Source of the DNA: Thermodesulfobacteriota bacterium
GTDB lineage: Bacteria; Desulfobacterota; Desulfobulbia; Desulfobulbales; SURF-16
Length of the DNA: 64,000 nt
NCBI GenBank assembly: GCA_040755455.1
Contig: JBFMAY010000018.1
Span: forward strand, 1-64,000
Direction of reading: 5' to 3'
Positions 37,459 through 49,506 of this stretch are shown here, piece by piece; within the stretch, counting starts at the first letter, position 1, and every line of letters starts with the position of its first letter. Position numbers and translations under genes: made by a program. Under the pieces are notes generated by a model. The model was not told the origin of the DNA and searched no databases. It saw only the letters and a program-made list of their open reading frames with translations.

Positions 37459-39810
37459 ATGAGAAAGTTGCTTAGCAAGAAAAGAGCGGCCGCCCTGCTC
37501 TCATCATTTGCCTGGCTGTGGGCAAATCAGTGTCCGGCAGGCACTATCACCGCTGAGCCCTGGGACATAACCGCGGATAAGATCAGCCGCTACACCAGGC
37601 CGGAAAATATCGTGGCGGAAGGAAATGTGGTTCTGCGCCGAACCGGGGACGCCAGCAGCGAGCCGCTCACCATCAAGGCGGACTGGATGCGTTACAGTGT
37701 GGAGGATCAGCTGGTTTACGCCAGGGGCAATCTCACCATGCGCACCGCCGAACAGGACGTGGATGCGGTTGAGGCGGTGATTGATCTCAGCGATGAAACC
37801 GCCACCCTGACGGACACCACCCTTTTTGTGCCGGAAAACAATCTGCATTTCTCCGGCCGCGAGGTGGAAAAGACCGGCCCGATTACCTATCGTTTCAAGG
37901 ATGGGGATTTTACCGCCTGCAAGCTGGAGGAAGGGAAAACCCCGCCGTGGCAGTTTCATGCCGCCGAGGCCGTGGTCAAGGTGGAAAAGGTGGTGGTCCT
38001 CAAGCATACGGTGCTGCGGGTCAAGGGGGTGCCGGTCCTCTATGTGCCCATCATGGCGGTACCGGCCAACACCAAGCGCAAAACCGGCTTTCTCTTTCCC
38101 GAGATTTCCCAGTCGGAGCGCAGCGGCACCGGGCTTGTCACCCCTTATTTCATCGATCTGTCGCCAAGCAGTGACATCACCGTTTATCCGGGCTATCTGT
38201 CGAAGCGCGGCGTGGTGGCCGGGGCCGAATTCCGCCATGTCAGCGGTTTCAATTCCAAGGAAACCATCGCCGCCACCTATATCCAGGATAAAACAGAGGA
38301 TACGCCCGACGATGACTATAAGTCGGACGACTACCTGCGGACTGATCAGAACCGCTACTGGATCCGCGGCAAGCTCGATCATGATTTCGGCAATGATCTG
38401 CAGGCCAAGATGGATCTGGATCTGGCTTCTGACCGGGATTTTGTCGAGGAGTTTAAAAGGGGATCCACTGGCTTCAACGACAGCGACAGGAATTTCCTCA
38501 GGGATTATAACCGCGGGTTGACCGAGGAAACCATTCCCTACCGTCCCTCCCAGATGCAGTTGACCAAAACCTGGCCGTCGTCGTTTTTGGGTGGCCAGTT
38601 GGTCGGCATCAATGACCTGACGGACCCCGAAGATGTCCCCAACCAGGTGGAAACGAGCCAGGTGAACACATTGCCGCGCATTGACTACAGCGGAGTATTT
38701 GAGCTGGAAGACCTGCCGCTCAGTCTCAGCTGGGACTCGGGATATGTGTATTACTGGCGCGAGGAAGGGGTTGGCGAGCAGCGCTTTGATCTCCATCCGC
38801 AGCTCACCGCGCCTCTTCCCTTAGGCCAGTATATTGAGGGCACCGTATCAAGCGGCCTGCGGGAGACCGCCTACCGCATCGAAGCGAACGGGCCGGATGA
38901 GTTTGACTGGGAGTTTGATCAGCGGGAACAGAACCGGACGGCCTGGGATTTCGATACCAATATTGCCACAACCGTGGCCCGGGATTTTGACATGCACCTA
39001 GGCTCCGTTTCCCAGCTCAATCATGCCATACGGCCGGAGCTCAAATACAGTTATGTGGCGCTGGACCGGGGGGACGATCTGCCCACGGAGGACGAGCGGC
39101 CGGAAGATGACGACTTACAGGCTATTGACGAGATCGATCTGCTTGCTCCTCAAAATCTCATCACCTACAGCCTGAATAATTATTTCCGCGTGGCAGGCAG
39201 CAGGGGCGACATGTCGTATGACCGCTATCTGGGTTACTTCAAGATCATCCAGTCCTACGATATCCGCGAGGAGCGGGGTGATCTTGAAGGACCTGTCGAC
39301 GAAAACCAGCCCTTTTCCGATGTGCTGTTGAAGTTGAATCTCTACCCCTTGCCCCGCTGGCAGACCAGGTACCAGACCGCCTACAGCGTATATGGCGAGG
39401 GAGTGACAAGGTATAGTCTCTATACCAAATATTCATCTACCAGGGGAGAAAGTGTTTCCCTTGACTATCGCTTTACCAAGGACTCCGAGATCAATCAGTT
39501 GAATGCCGAGGTGATCACCCGGCTTACCGATACCTGGTACCTGGAGGCTGATTTCAAGCAGTCCCTTGATCAAAATTCCATTACCAGCGCCTCTTTTGGC
39601 CTGACGTATCACCCGCCATGCTGGGCCGTGAAGTTTCTGGCCGAGCAGAGTTCGGATGACAAGCGGGTGGCCATCCTGTTCTCCCTGGTTGGTCTGGGGG
39701 AATCTCTGGGTATTGGTTTTTCAGGCGACCTGGAGGGCGGGCTTGATCTCGATTCCGGCGGCGATAACGATCTTGATAAATTTGATAAGAATCGAGATGA
39801 TAACATGTAA
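37459..39810 (+). CDS. lptD: LPS-assembly outer membrane protein LptD
   Basis: N-terminal jellyroll (ITAD, AEGNV), FTAC....PPW, RKTGFLFP, beta-barrel with C-terminal CWA. Confidence 0.9.
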   Translation: MRKLLSKKRAAALLSSFAWLWANQCPAGTITAEPWDITADKISRYTRPENIVAEGNVVLRRTGDASSEPLTIKADWMRYSVEDQLVYARGNLTMRTAEQDVDAVEAVIDLSDETATLTDTTLFVPENNLHFSGREVEKTGPITYRFKDGDFTACKLEEGKTPPWQFHAAEAVVKVEKVVVLKHTVLRVKGVPVLYVPIMAVPANTKRKTGFLFPEISQSERSGTGLVTPYFIDLSPSSDITVYPGYLSKRGVVAGAEFRHVSGFNSKETIAATYIQDKTEDTPDDDYKSDDYLRTDQNRYWIRGKLDHDFGNDLQAKMDLDLASDRDFVEEFKRGSTGFNDSDRNFLRDYNRGLTEETIPYRPSQMQLTKTWPSSFLGGQLVGINDLTDPEDVPNQVETSQVNTLPRIDYSGVFELEDLPLSLSWDSGYVYYWREEGVGEQRFDLHPQLTAPLPLGQYIEGTVSSGLRETAYRIEANGPDEFDWEFDQREQNRTAWDFDTNIATTVARDFDMHLGSVSQLNHAIRPELKYSYVALDRGDDLPTEDERPEDDDLQAIDEIDLLAPQNLITYSLNNYFRVAGSRGDMSYDRYLGYFKIIQSYDIREERGDLEGPVDENQPFSDVLLKLNLYPLPRWQTRYQTAYSVYGEGVTRYSLYTKYSSTRGESVSLDYRFTKDSEINQLNAEVITRLTDTWYLEADFKQSLDQNSITSASFGLTYHPPCWAVKFLAEQSSDDKRVAILFSLVGLGESLGIGFSGDLEGGLDLDSGGDNDLDKFDKNRDDNM

Positions 39811-39831
39811 CGGGCAGGCGAGAGGCCGGGC

Positions 39832-40791
39832 ATGAATTACGATGTGTTTAACGGCGATGCTGACGGCATCTGCGCTCTGCATCAGCTGCGCCTGGCCGAG
39901 CCCCGGCAGGCCGTACTTGTTTCCGGGGTGAAGCGCGATATCCGTCTGCTTGAAAAACTGGCGGACAATCCGCAGGTCACGGATGCGGAGATCACTGTTC
40001 TTGATATTTCCATGGAGAGCAATAAGGACTCCCTGGCTATTCTCCTGCAGCGCCGCAACAGTATTTTCTACGTTGACCACCACTTTGCCGGGGAAATGCC
40101 GTCTGCAGGCAACCTGCGGGCAACCATCGACCCCAGTCCCGATGTCTGCACCGGCTTGCTCATTGACCGGCTGATCGGCGGGAAATTCCGTCTCTGGGCC
40201 ATTGTGGCCGCCTATGGCGACAATCTGCATGCCGCGGCCCGGCTGGCCGCAGCCGGGCTAGGGCTGACGGACAAAGAGCTTGGCACGCTGCAGGAGCTTG
40301 GCGAGCTGATGAACTATAACGGCTATGGCCGGGAGGTTGCCGACCTGCATGTGGCGCCCCAGGAGCTTTTCCTGGCTGTCATACCCTTTGCGAGCCCCTT
40401 TGCTTTTTGCCGCGAGTCCGGTGTGCTGGGCCACCTGCGGCAGGGGTATGCCGAGGATATGGCGCGGGCCCGCTCAGCGCAGCCGCTTGCAGAAAATGAT
40501 TCCGGCCGGATTTTCACCTTTCCTGACGCCCCGTGGTCGCGCCGGGTCGCCGGGGTGTTCAGTAACGAAAAGGCCAGGGAAATGGGGGGAAAGGCCCACG
40601 CCCTCATCGTTGATAATGGCGATGGGACCCTGCTGGTCAGCGTCAGGGCGCCTTTGAGTAATAAACAGGGAGCTGCCGCCCTCTGCCGGAAGTTCCCGAC
40701 CGGCGGCGGCCGTGAAGCGGCGGCCGGGATTAATGCCTTGCCGCAGGAGCAACTTGATGCCTTTATCGATGCCTTTCGGCAAACCTGGTGA
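39832..40791 (+). CDS. DHH/DHHA1 phosphoesterase family protein
   Basis: FNGDADG, LDIS, VDHH, SVRAP, GGGREAAAG. Confidence 0.85.
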   Translation: MNYDVFNGDADGICALHQLRLAEPRQAVLVSGVKRDIRLLEKLADNPQVTDAEITVLDISMESNKDSLAILLQRRNSIFYVDHHFAGEMPSAGNLRATIDPSPDVCTGLLIDRLIGGKFRLWAIVAAYGDNLHAAARLAAAGLGLTDKELGTLQELGELMNYNGYGREVADLHVAPQELFLAVIPFASPFAFCRESGVLGHLRQGYAEDMARARSAQPLAENDSGRIFTFPDAPWSRRVAGVFSNEKAREMGGKAHALIVDNGDGTLLVSVRAPLSNKQGAAALCRKFPTGGGREAAAGINALPQEQLDAFIDAFRQTW

Positions 40792-40825
40792 TATTTCAGT
40801 TGAAAAAAAGGAAGAGGAGTCCTCT

Positions 40826-41863
40826 ATGGTTAGAACTGTTTTCTCGCTGCTGATCTTTGTTTTTCTGGCCTTCGCTTCTCTTCCCCATGCCATGGCCGAG
40901 GAGACGAGCGAGCCCAAGGCCGCAGCGCTTGTCAAAGACGGTCAGCTGATTGATCTCACTTCCCCCCGCTACCAGGACCTGTTCGGCGAGCTGCGGCTGC
41001 GCCATCATTTCAGCCAGGAGGAGATTGACCGGCTCTTTTCCGGGCTGACCATCAAGCAGCGGGTGCTGGAGTTGATGGACACCCAATGGGAAGCTAAGCC
41101 CTATTTCCTGTATTATCCCCTGTTCGTCACCCCGGAAGTGGTGGCTGAAGGGCGGGAAAAGCTTGCGGAAAACAAGGAGCTGCTTGACAAGATTGAACGG
41201 GAAATCGGCGTTGAGCGAGAAATCGTGGTGGCCATCTGGGGGGTGGAAACCCGTTACGGCCAGCACAAGGGCGCCTTTAATCTTTTCCAGACCTTAAATA
41301 CCATGTTTGACGCCTATCCCCGGAGAAGCAGTTTCTATCGGGACCAGCTTGTCCATTTCCTGCTGCTCTGCAAAGAGAATCATGTTGATCCGCTGACGAT
41401 TACCGGCTCTTATGGCGGCGCTTTCGGCCAGACCCAGTTTATCCCGTCCAGCTTCCGGGACTATGCCGTTGATTTTGATCGGGACGGCAGCAGGGATGTC
41501 TGGAATTCCACGCCTGACGTGCTGGCCAGCATCGCCAATTATCTGCACCGCTTCGGCTGGATGTTGCATGCGCCCGTCTACCATGAGATTGGCCGCAGCT
41601 TGAAGAGTGAAACCCTTGCGTCTGCCTATAAAACAGGGAGAAAGGGTTTTGTGTCTGTCAGCGAAGTTGCCCAGGTTCAGGGGGTAACCCTGCCGCCTGC
41701 CCCGGAAAACAAAGAGGTGACCATCGTTGGCCTGGAGCTTGCGGATGGCGGCATGCGCTATGTGGCCGGTTATCCGAACTTTCAGGCCATCACCGCTTGG
41801 AATAACTCGAACCGCTATGCCATGGCCGTGGTGGAACTCGCCGAGAAGCTGACCGGCAGGTAA
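40826..41863 (+). CDS. mltB: lytic murein transglycosylase B family
   Basis: IWGVET.YG, GSYGGAFGQTQFIPSSF, DFD.DG, ASIANYL, WNNSNRYA. Confidence 0.92.
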   Translation: MVRTVFSLLIFVFLAFASLPHAMAEETSEPKAAALVKDGQLIDLTSPRYQDLFGELRLRHHFSQEEIDRLFSGLTIKQRVLELMDTQWEAKPYFLYYPLFVTPEVVAEGREKLAENKELLDKIEREIGVEREIVVAIWGVETRYGQHKGAFNLFQTLNTMFDAYPRRSSFYRDQLVHFLLLCKENHVDPLTITGSYGGAFGQTQFIPSSFRDYAVDFDRDGSRDVWNSTPDVLASIANYLHRFGWMLHAPVYHEIGRSLKSETLASAYKTGRKGFVSVSEVAQVQGVTLPPAPENKEVTIVGLELADGGMRYVAGYPNFQAITAWNNSNRYAMAVVELAEKLTGR

Positions 41864-41977
41864 AAATCGGCCGGACTTTTTTGTGTCACCGGCCTGCTGC
41901 AGGGCCAAAGTGCCTGCAGTCCGCTTGTCGCCTTTGCTGCGGGCAGAAGTCTGCCTGGCAACCTGGCCAGGGATGAT

Positions 41978-42151
41978 TCAGCATAAAAGAATGGCGATGC
42001 CGATGGAAAAGAGAAGGCAGTAACCGAGTCCCATCAGATATTCAAGCGGATTGGCGAAGAGCGTGGGCAGGGTGCCGATGGCGAGCAATGCAAAACACCC
42101 TAACGCTGTTTTGAATTGTTTTTTGTCCCGCAACCGGGTGCTTTTTGTCAT
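41978..42151 (-). CDS. possible small membrane protein (57 aa)
   Basis: Basic N-terminus followed by two hydrophobic segments; no clear RBS. Confidence 0.35.
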   Translation of the reverse strand: MTKSTRLRDKKQFKTALGCFALLAIGTLPTLFANPLEYLMGLGYCLLFSIGIAILLC

Positions 42152-42215
42152 CTGGTTTTCGCAAACAGCTGCAAATGCGGTTAAATCCTTGCCTGCCGGA
42201 AAGCAAGGCAAGGGA

Positions 42216-42560
42216 TCAGCCCTGCTGTTTGGCAAAGATTTTGATGAACTGGTGCAGTATCGCCTGGCCGGCTTGGTCTGACTCAAGCAATTCCAGGCCG
42301 GTGTGAAATTTCTTCCCTTCCTCCTCATTACAGTAAATTACCCGGCCGCGCAAATTAACCAGGTTGTCTTCAAGGGCGATTTCAAGGGTCAGGGTGTTGC
42401 CTGGGCTGATGTAGAAATTGGTCTCGAGAAGGATGCCCCCCTCAGAGACATTCAGAGTCCGGCCCATGCCCTCGTAAAGAACATCGCCATCTTTATCCTC
42501 GCAGATGTACGAGAGGTTGAGTGCCGAGTACCGTTCATGTTTCCTTTTATCTTCAGCCAT
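42216..42560 (-). CDS. stand-alone PilZ domain protein
   Basis: RKHER (RxxxR) and NVSEGG (D/NxSxxG) c-di-GMP-binding motifs. Confidence 0.88.
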   Translation of the reverse strand: MAEDKRKHERYSALNLSYICEDKDGDVLYEGMGRTLNVSEGGILLETNFYISPGNTLTLEIALEDNLVNLRGRVIYCNEEEGKKFHTGLELLESDQAGQAILHQFIKIFAKQQG

Positions 42561-42846
42561 ATCCCATCCTGTGTGATTAAAAGTTTGCGGGTAATAAAAC
42601 TTTTGGGCCCGCATCCAGCCGTTGGCCGCTCCCCGATCGTCCTGGCCAGATCCGTCTCAAAATCCGGGTGATCCCGAAAAGCTTAAGTGCCGGCAAGCTC
42701 TGAGTTGGGGAATGGTGGCTGGAGATGTCTGTGCTGGAGCCGGACAAAAAAAATGCTATTATGCCAGTGGAAAAAAGAGTGTGTAAGGATTTTTACCCTG
42801 TCAACATATAATCATGTGTTGCTGATTCCTGCCAGGAAATTTTCAC

Positions 42847-42885
42847 AAAAAAACGGGCGCCTCAAAAAAGAGGGCCCGTTTTTTT
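42847..42885. terminator. intrinsic (bidirectional-type) terminator after acs
   Basis: A7-CGGGCGCCTC-loop-GAGGGCCCG-T7. Confidence 0.8.
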
Positions 42886-42905
42886 ACATGAATGCAGGAA
42901 ACGTT

Positions 42906-44897
<1,992 letters not shown>

Positions 44898-45277
44898 TTT
44901 GCCTCCCTGAAAAATTACTATGATTTAATATAGGTAAAATAGTGCCAGCAAACGTACCGAAGGTAGAGTTGCCCATAAATGCCTCCCCTTGATAACCAGT
45001 GGCGTTGCAAGAGGTCAAGCTAAAAAAACAAAAGAGTCATTTTTCAATTAACCCTGATTCAACCTTATCCTCTATGATTGAGCATCAGTTTTGTGTCAAG
45101 AAGAAAATTTGTGTGGAAAACAAAAATGCAGGAAGCAATGGAATGAAAGATTTCTTCTTGCTATACTGACGAATGAATATGGAAAAACGGAATCAACCGG
45201 GTTTTGCCTCAGGCAACCTGATAAAATATCTCAAAAAAACAGTATGGCCCGCAGAGGAGAAAAAAGTAGACTGGCAG

Positions 45278-46513
45278 ATGTTCTCTCGATTTTTGCGGTA
45301 TAGACAACATGTTTCGGCGGGGAAAAAGGTGCGATATCTTATTGGTGTGGCGGCCGCCGTGTTGTTGTTATGCGGCCTGGCAATCACGGCCTCGGCCTGT
45401 GATCCTGCCCTGAGGCAGGTGGCGCCGGACAGCATGCCTTTTTTCATGGATGATGCCGGCTGGCAGGATTTGCAAAAAAGTGTGGAGAGAAGCATGACCG
45501 CACTTGCAGGGATTGACAAAGAACAACTGTTTGTCCTGTGCGGCCGGAGCTATCCCGCCTCGTGGCTGCAGCAGTCAATGGCCGTATTTTTGCGGGGGTT
45601 GCAAACTTACCCTGCGGAAGCGGATTTCCGCAAGTTTCTTTCTGCTAATTTTGATGTGTGTCAGACGAAAGGTTCTGATGGGGCCGGGCGAATGCTCGTT
45701 ACCGGTTACTATGAGCCTTTCCTTGCAGGCAGCCTGACGAGACAATCACCCTTTGTCTACCCTCTTTATCAGGTTCCGCCGGATCTGGTTGTGCCGGCTG
45801 GCAATCTGGCTGGCAATGAGGGCGGACGGATGGAAGATGGTCGTTTTGTTCCGTACTGGACGCGGGCGGAAATCGAGACGGGGGATTTGCTGCAGGGCCA
45901 GGAAATTGTCTATCTGGCCGACCCGCTGGACGTTTTTATCCTGCAGGTGCAGGGCTCAGGCAGAATCAGGCTGCCGGACGGCTCGGTGCGCAAGGTGCAT
46001 TTTGCCGCCAGCAACGGCAGAAGGTACCTGAGTATCGGCCGGCTGCTGGTGGACCGTGGCGTCATGAGCCTGGAAGAGGTGACCATGCCGAAAATCGTCT
46101 CCTATCTGCATGATCATCCCGATGAGATGCAGGACATCCTGCGCCATAATGACCGATATATCTTTTTTTCCATCTCCCCTGCCGGGGGGGAAACAGATAA
46201 CGAAGGACCGGCGGGCAGCCTGGGCCAGCCCCTGACGGCCGGCCGTTCCCTTGCCGTGGATGGCATGTGCTTCCCGGTCCCCATGGTGGGCTATCTGGAA
46301 ACGGCTCTGCCGGTTTTTGCTGATCGTGGCGCCGTCATTGGCTGGAAACCCCTGCGCCGTTTTGTGGTCAATCAGGATAGTGGCGCAGCGATTAAGGGAC
46401 CCGGCCGGGCGGACCTTTTCCTGGGCGGGGACGAGTATGCGGCCAGGGCGGCAGGGGTGATGAAACAGCCGGGGGCTCTGTATTTTCTGGTGTTGAAAGA
46501 AGAGAAAATGTAG
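45278..46513 (+). CDS. mltA: lytic murein transglycosylase A
   Basis: TGYYEP, QVQGSG, SLAVD, QDSGAAIKGPGRADLF; start codon uncertain. Confidence 0.9.
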   Translation: MFSRFLRYRQHVSAGKKVRYLIGVAAAVLLLCGLAITASACDPALRQVAPDSMPFFMDDAGWQDLQKSVERSMTALAGIDKEQLFVLCGRSYPASWLQQSMAVFLRGLQTYPAEADFRKFLSANFDVCQTKGSDGAGRMLVTGYYEPFLAGSLTRQSPFVYPLYQVPPDLVVPAGNLAGNEGGRMEDGRFVPYWTRAEIETGDLLQGQEIVYLADPLDVFILQVQGSGRIRLPDGSVRKVHFAASNGRRYLSIGRLLVDRGVMSLEEVTMPKIVSYLHDHPDEMQDILRHNDRYIFFSISPAGGETDNEGPAGSLGQPLTAGRSLAVDGMCFPVPMVGYLETALPVFADRGAVIGWKPLRRFVVNQDSGAAIKGPGRADLFLGGDEYAARAAGVMKQPGALYFLVLKEEKM

Positions 46514-46544
46514 TTTTTTTGCGGTTAAGAATTCGGAGGACAGC

Positions 46545-47723
46545 ATGAAACAGCCGGAAATAGATTACTGGATTGCCTGTATGCTTGATACCTATGACAA
46601 TGTTTCCGATCTCAATGTCACAGTGGACAAGCCGTTGCAGGTAGAAACCTCGGGAGTGCTCTCTCCGGTGATGGTCAAGCCCGAGGTGGAGCAGATTACC
46701 CCCTTTCAGTCCGAGGTGTTCGCCTTAAACGTCATCGGTGGCAACAGGCGGCTGCTCAAGGATCTGGCCACCACCGGCTCCTGCGACCTTTCCTATTGGT
46801 TGGGCAAAAAGGCCAGGTTCAGGGTCAATGTCTTTTCCCAGAAAACCAATCTGTCCACGGTATTAAGAAAACTGCCCACGGAGATTCCCACGATCAAGAG
46901 TTTGAACCTGCCGCCGGTGATGAACAAGATGTCGGATGAGCTGAACGGTCTCATCCTGGTTACCGGCGCCACCGGCTCAGGTAAGTCAACAACCCTGGCC
47001 GCGCTGCTCAACAAGATAAACCATGAGCGGGCCGTGCATGTCGTGACCCTGGAGGACCCGATAGAGTTTGTCCATCCCCATCTGCAGGCCACCTTCAACC
47101 AGCGGGAGCAGGGCAATGATTTCGATACCTTTGCCAATGGCCTGCGGGCCGCCCTGCGCCAGGCGCCCAAGGTTATTCTGGTGGGCGAGATGCGCGACCG
47201 GGAAACCATGGAGATCGGGCTTACCGCCTCTGAAACCGGCCATCTGGTGCTCAGCACCCTGCATACGGTGGATGCCGGTTCCACCATCAACCGCTGTCTC
47301 GGCATGTTCGAGCATGATGAGCAGCCCCAGATCAGAAACCGGCTGGTTGACACCGTACGCTGGATTGTCTGCCAGAGGCTGCTGCCAAAGGTGGGCGGTG
47401 GCCGGGTGGCCGCCTTTGAGGTCATGGGCATGAACCTGCGCATCAGAGAGGTTATTTTGAACGGTGAGTCGGAAGGGAAAACATTTTACGAGATCATCAC
47501 TGACGGCACCGCCATGGGGATGACCACTTTTGACCAGTATATTCTGCAACTTTATGAAAAGGGGCTGGTGACCGAGGAAACGGCCATGGGTTATTGCTCG
47601 CGTAAAAGCGCCATGGGACGTGGTCTTGATATGATCAAGTCCGCCAAGGGGGAAACAACCACCGGCATTACCGGCCTGACCATGGAAGAGGAAAAGAAAA
47701 ATAAATATGAGGCGTTTTCCTGA
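46545..47723 (+). CDS. pilT: PilT/PilU-family retraction ATPase
   Basis: GATGSGKSTT, TLEDPIE, ALRQAP.VILVGEMRD, TGHLVLSTLH. Confidence 0.92.
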   Translation: MKQPEIDYWIACMLDTYDNVSDLNVTVDKPLQVETSGVLSPVMVKPEVEQITPFQSEVFALNVIGGNRRLLKDLATTGSCDLSYWLGKKARFRVNVFSQKTNLSTVLRKLPTEIPTIKSLNLPPVMNKMSDELNGLILVTGATGSGKSTTLAALLNKINHERAVHVVTLEDPIEFVHPHLQATFNQREQGNDFDTFANGLRAALRQAPKVILVGEMRDRETMEIGLTASETGHLVLSTLHTVDAGSTINRCLGMFEHDEQPQIRNRLVDTVRWIVCQRLLPKVGGGRVAAFEVMGMNLRIREVILNGESEGKTFYEIITDGTAMGMTTFDQYILQLYEKGLVTEETAMGYCSRKSAMGRGLDMIKSAKGETTTGITGLTMEEEKKNKYEAFS

Positions 47724-47800
47724 TCTCGCTGGCAGTCATTAACCGCAGCTTGCGGTAATGAGGTAACAGATAACTTAATAAACAGAAAACGAGGTCGCCG

Positions 47801-48505
47801 ATGATTTCTGCATGCCCCAACTGTGGCAAGACACTCAATTTAACGGAAAGCCAGCAGCAGAAGATTGACCATGCTGTGGCCGCTTTGGCCCCGGGTAAAT
47901 CTCTAAAATTTAACTGCCCCCATTGTCAGAAACCCATCGAGGTGCCACGGGAGGCACCGGCGGCGGTGCGGCCGCAGAAGCAGCCACAGGCCAGCCGTGC
48001 GCTTCCTGGTCCCCCTGGCCCCCCTGACCGTAGCTGGCTTGAGCGGGGGGATCTCGGCAGCGGTGAGGTGCTTGAAGATGTCCCCCATGTTCTGATTCTG
48101 GTAAAGGATGAACAGATCCAGGCTGATATCGCCCAGTTTTTCGATGACATGGGCTATAAGGCCGTGATGCCGCGCACTGCCGAGGATGCCATCGAGCGGA
48201 TGCGTTTTACAAATTTTTCCGCGGTGGTTCTGCATTCCGGCTTTGAAGGGAGTCTGGCCGCCTCCACTGTGCACGCCCATATGCAGGGCATGGCCATGCC
48301 GAAGAGAAGGTATATCTATTATGTGCTGATCGGACCGGAATTTCATACCCTTTACAATCTGGAAGCATTATCCAACAGCGCCAACCTGGTAGTGAATGAG
48401 ACCGATATTTCGGCCTTTCCGCTGGTGCTGAAAAAGGGGTTCCGCGATTATGATGAATTGTTCGGCCCTTATCTTGCCGCCTTAGAGGGCATGGGCAAGA
48501 AATAG
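47801..48505 (+). CDS. zinc-ribbon protein with receiver-like C-terminal domain
   Basis: CPNC...CPHC, Pro-rich linker, then a REC-like pattern without the phosphoacceptor Asp. Confidence 0.75.
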   Translation: MISACPNCGKTLNLTESQQQKIDHAVAALAPGKSLKFNCPHCQKPIEVPREAPAAVRPQKQPQASRALPGPPGPPDRSWLERGDLGSGEVLEDVPHVLILVKDEQIQADIAQFFDDMGYKAVMPRTAEDAIERMRFTNFSAVVLHSGFEGSLAASTVHAHMQGMAMPKRRYIYYVLIGPEFHTLYNLEALSNSANLVVNETDISAFPLVLKKGFRDYDELFGPYLAALEGMGKK

Positions 48506-48561
48506 GTCAGAAGTCAGAAGACAGCAGGCCGGATAAAACACTCCTGGCCCCCCTGCAGAAT

Positions 48562-49506
48562 TTATCCCAGCAGCGAAAACAGGGAGAGCAGCAGGAGGGT
48601 GAGCCACATGGTCAGCAGCATCAGTCGGTTGGTTGCCAGGATGTGGCTTGCTGCTATTTGCCGTCGCGCATCGCCAATGGTTGGTTTGACCACCACCTGG
48701 CCGAAGTAAATGCTGCTGCCGCCGAGCCGGACGCCCAGCGCCCCGGCCACGGCCGCCTCCCCATGGCCGGAGTTGGGGCTGCTGTGCTTCTTTCTGTCCC
48801 GCCAGAATATCCGCCAGGATGATCCGGCGTCAAGGCTGAGCAGCAGGGCCGCCAGCGGCACAAGCAGGCCGGTAAGCCTGGCCGGGATGAAATTTGCCAG
48901 GTCATCAAGCCTTGCCGCGGCCCAGCCGAACTCCCGGTACCGGTCATTTTTGTAGCCGAACATGGAATCTGCCGTATTGATCGCCTTGTAAAGCATCGCT
49001 GCCGCAGGTCCCCCGACAAAGGCATAAAACAGCGGCGCACACACCCCGTCCACCATGCTCTCCGCCACGCTCTCCACCGCCGCCCGGGCAACCTCCTCTT
49101 CGCTCAGTTGATCTGTGTCGCGACCGACAATCATCCCCACCCTGCGCCGCGCCTCGGCAAGGTCGTGGTTCTGCAGGGCATCGTAAACCGCCCTGCTGTG
49201 CCTGGCCAGATCCCGGGCGGCGATGGTGGTGTATAAAATGAGGATGGACACGGCTGTCCCGGCCAGGGGATGGAGGCGTTGGGCGCTGTGCAGCAGGAGC
49301 AGCACCGCCCCGCCTGAGATGGCGAGCATGAGAAAAAGGGTCAGGATGCCAGCCACATTCAGGGGCAGCCCGGTTTTCCTGAAAAAATTCTCCAGGGTGG
49401 CGCCAAGGGAACCGATGAGCCGGACCGGGTGCGGCAGCCAGCGGGGGTCTCCCCAGAGCTGATCGAGCAATGCGGCAAGGATGATCTGCAGGGCTGGGGG
49501 CATCAT
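48562..49506 (-). CDS. cbiB: adenosylcobinamide-phosphate synthase
   Basis: GDP...[38 protein letters not shown]. Confidence 0.95.
   Translation of the reverse strand: MMPPALQIILAALLDQLWGDPRWLPHPVRLIGSLGATLENFFRKTGLPLNVAGILTLFLMLAISGGAVLLLLHSAQRLHPLAGTAVSILILYTTIAARDLARHSRAVYDALQNHDLAEARRRVGMIVGRDTDQLSEEEVARAAVESVAESMVDGVCAPLFYAFVGGPAAAMLYKAINTADSMFGYKNDRYREFGWAAARLDDLANFIPARLTGLLVPLAALLLSLDAGSSWRIFWRDRKKHSSPNSGHGEAAVAGALGVRLGGSSIYFGQVVVKPTIGDARRQIAASHILATNRLMLLTMWLTLLLLSLFSLLG

Noticed and set aside
35631..37478. 615-aa ORF antisense to ilvD
   Set aside because: Shadow frame of a conserved GC-rich gene; no protein motifs.
44934..44949. sigma54-like TGGCAC upstream of acs (minus strand)
   Set aside because: The -12 position reads CC, not GC.
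48506..48525. GTCAGAA heptamer run after the zinc-ribbon gene
   Set aside because: Only two to three degenerate units; too short to call.
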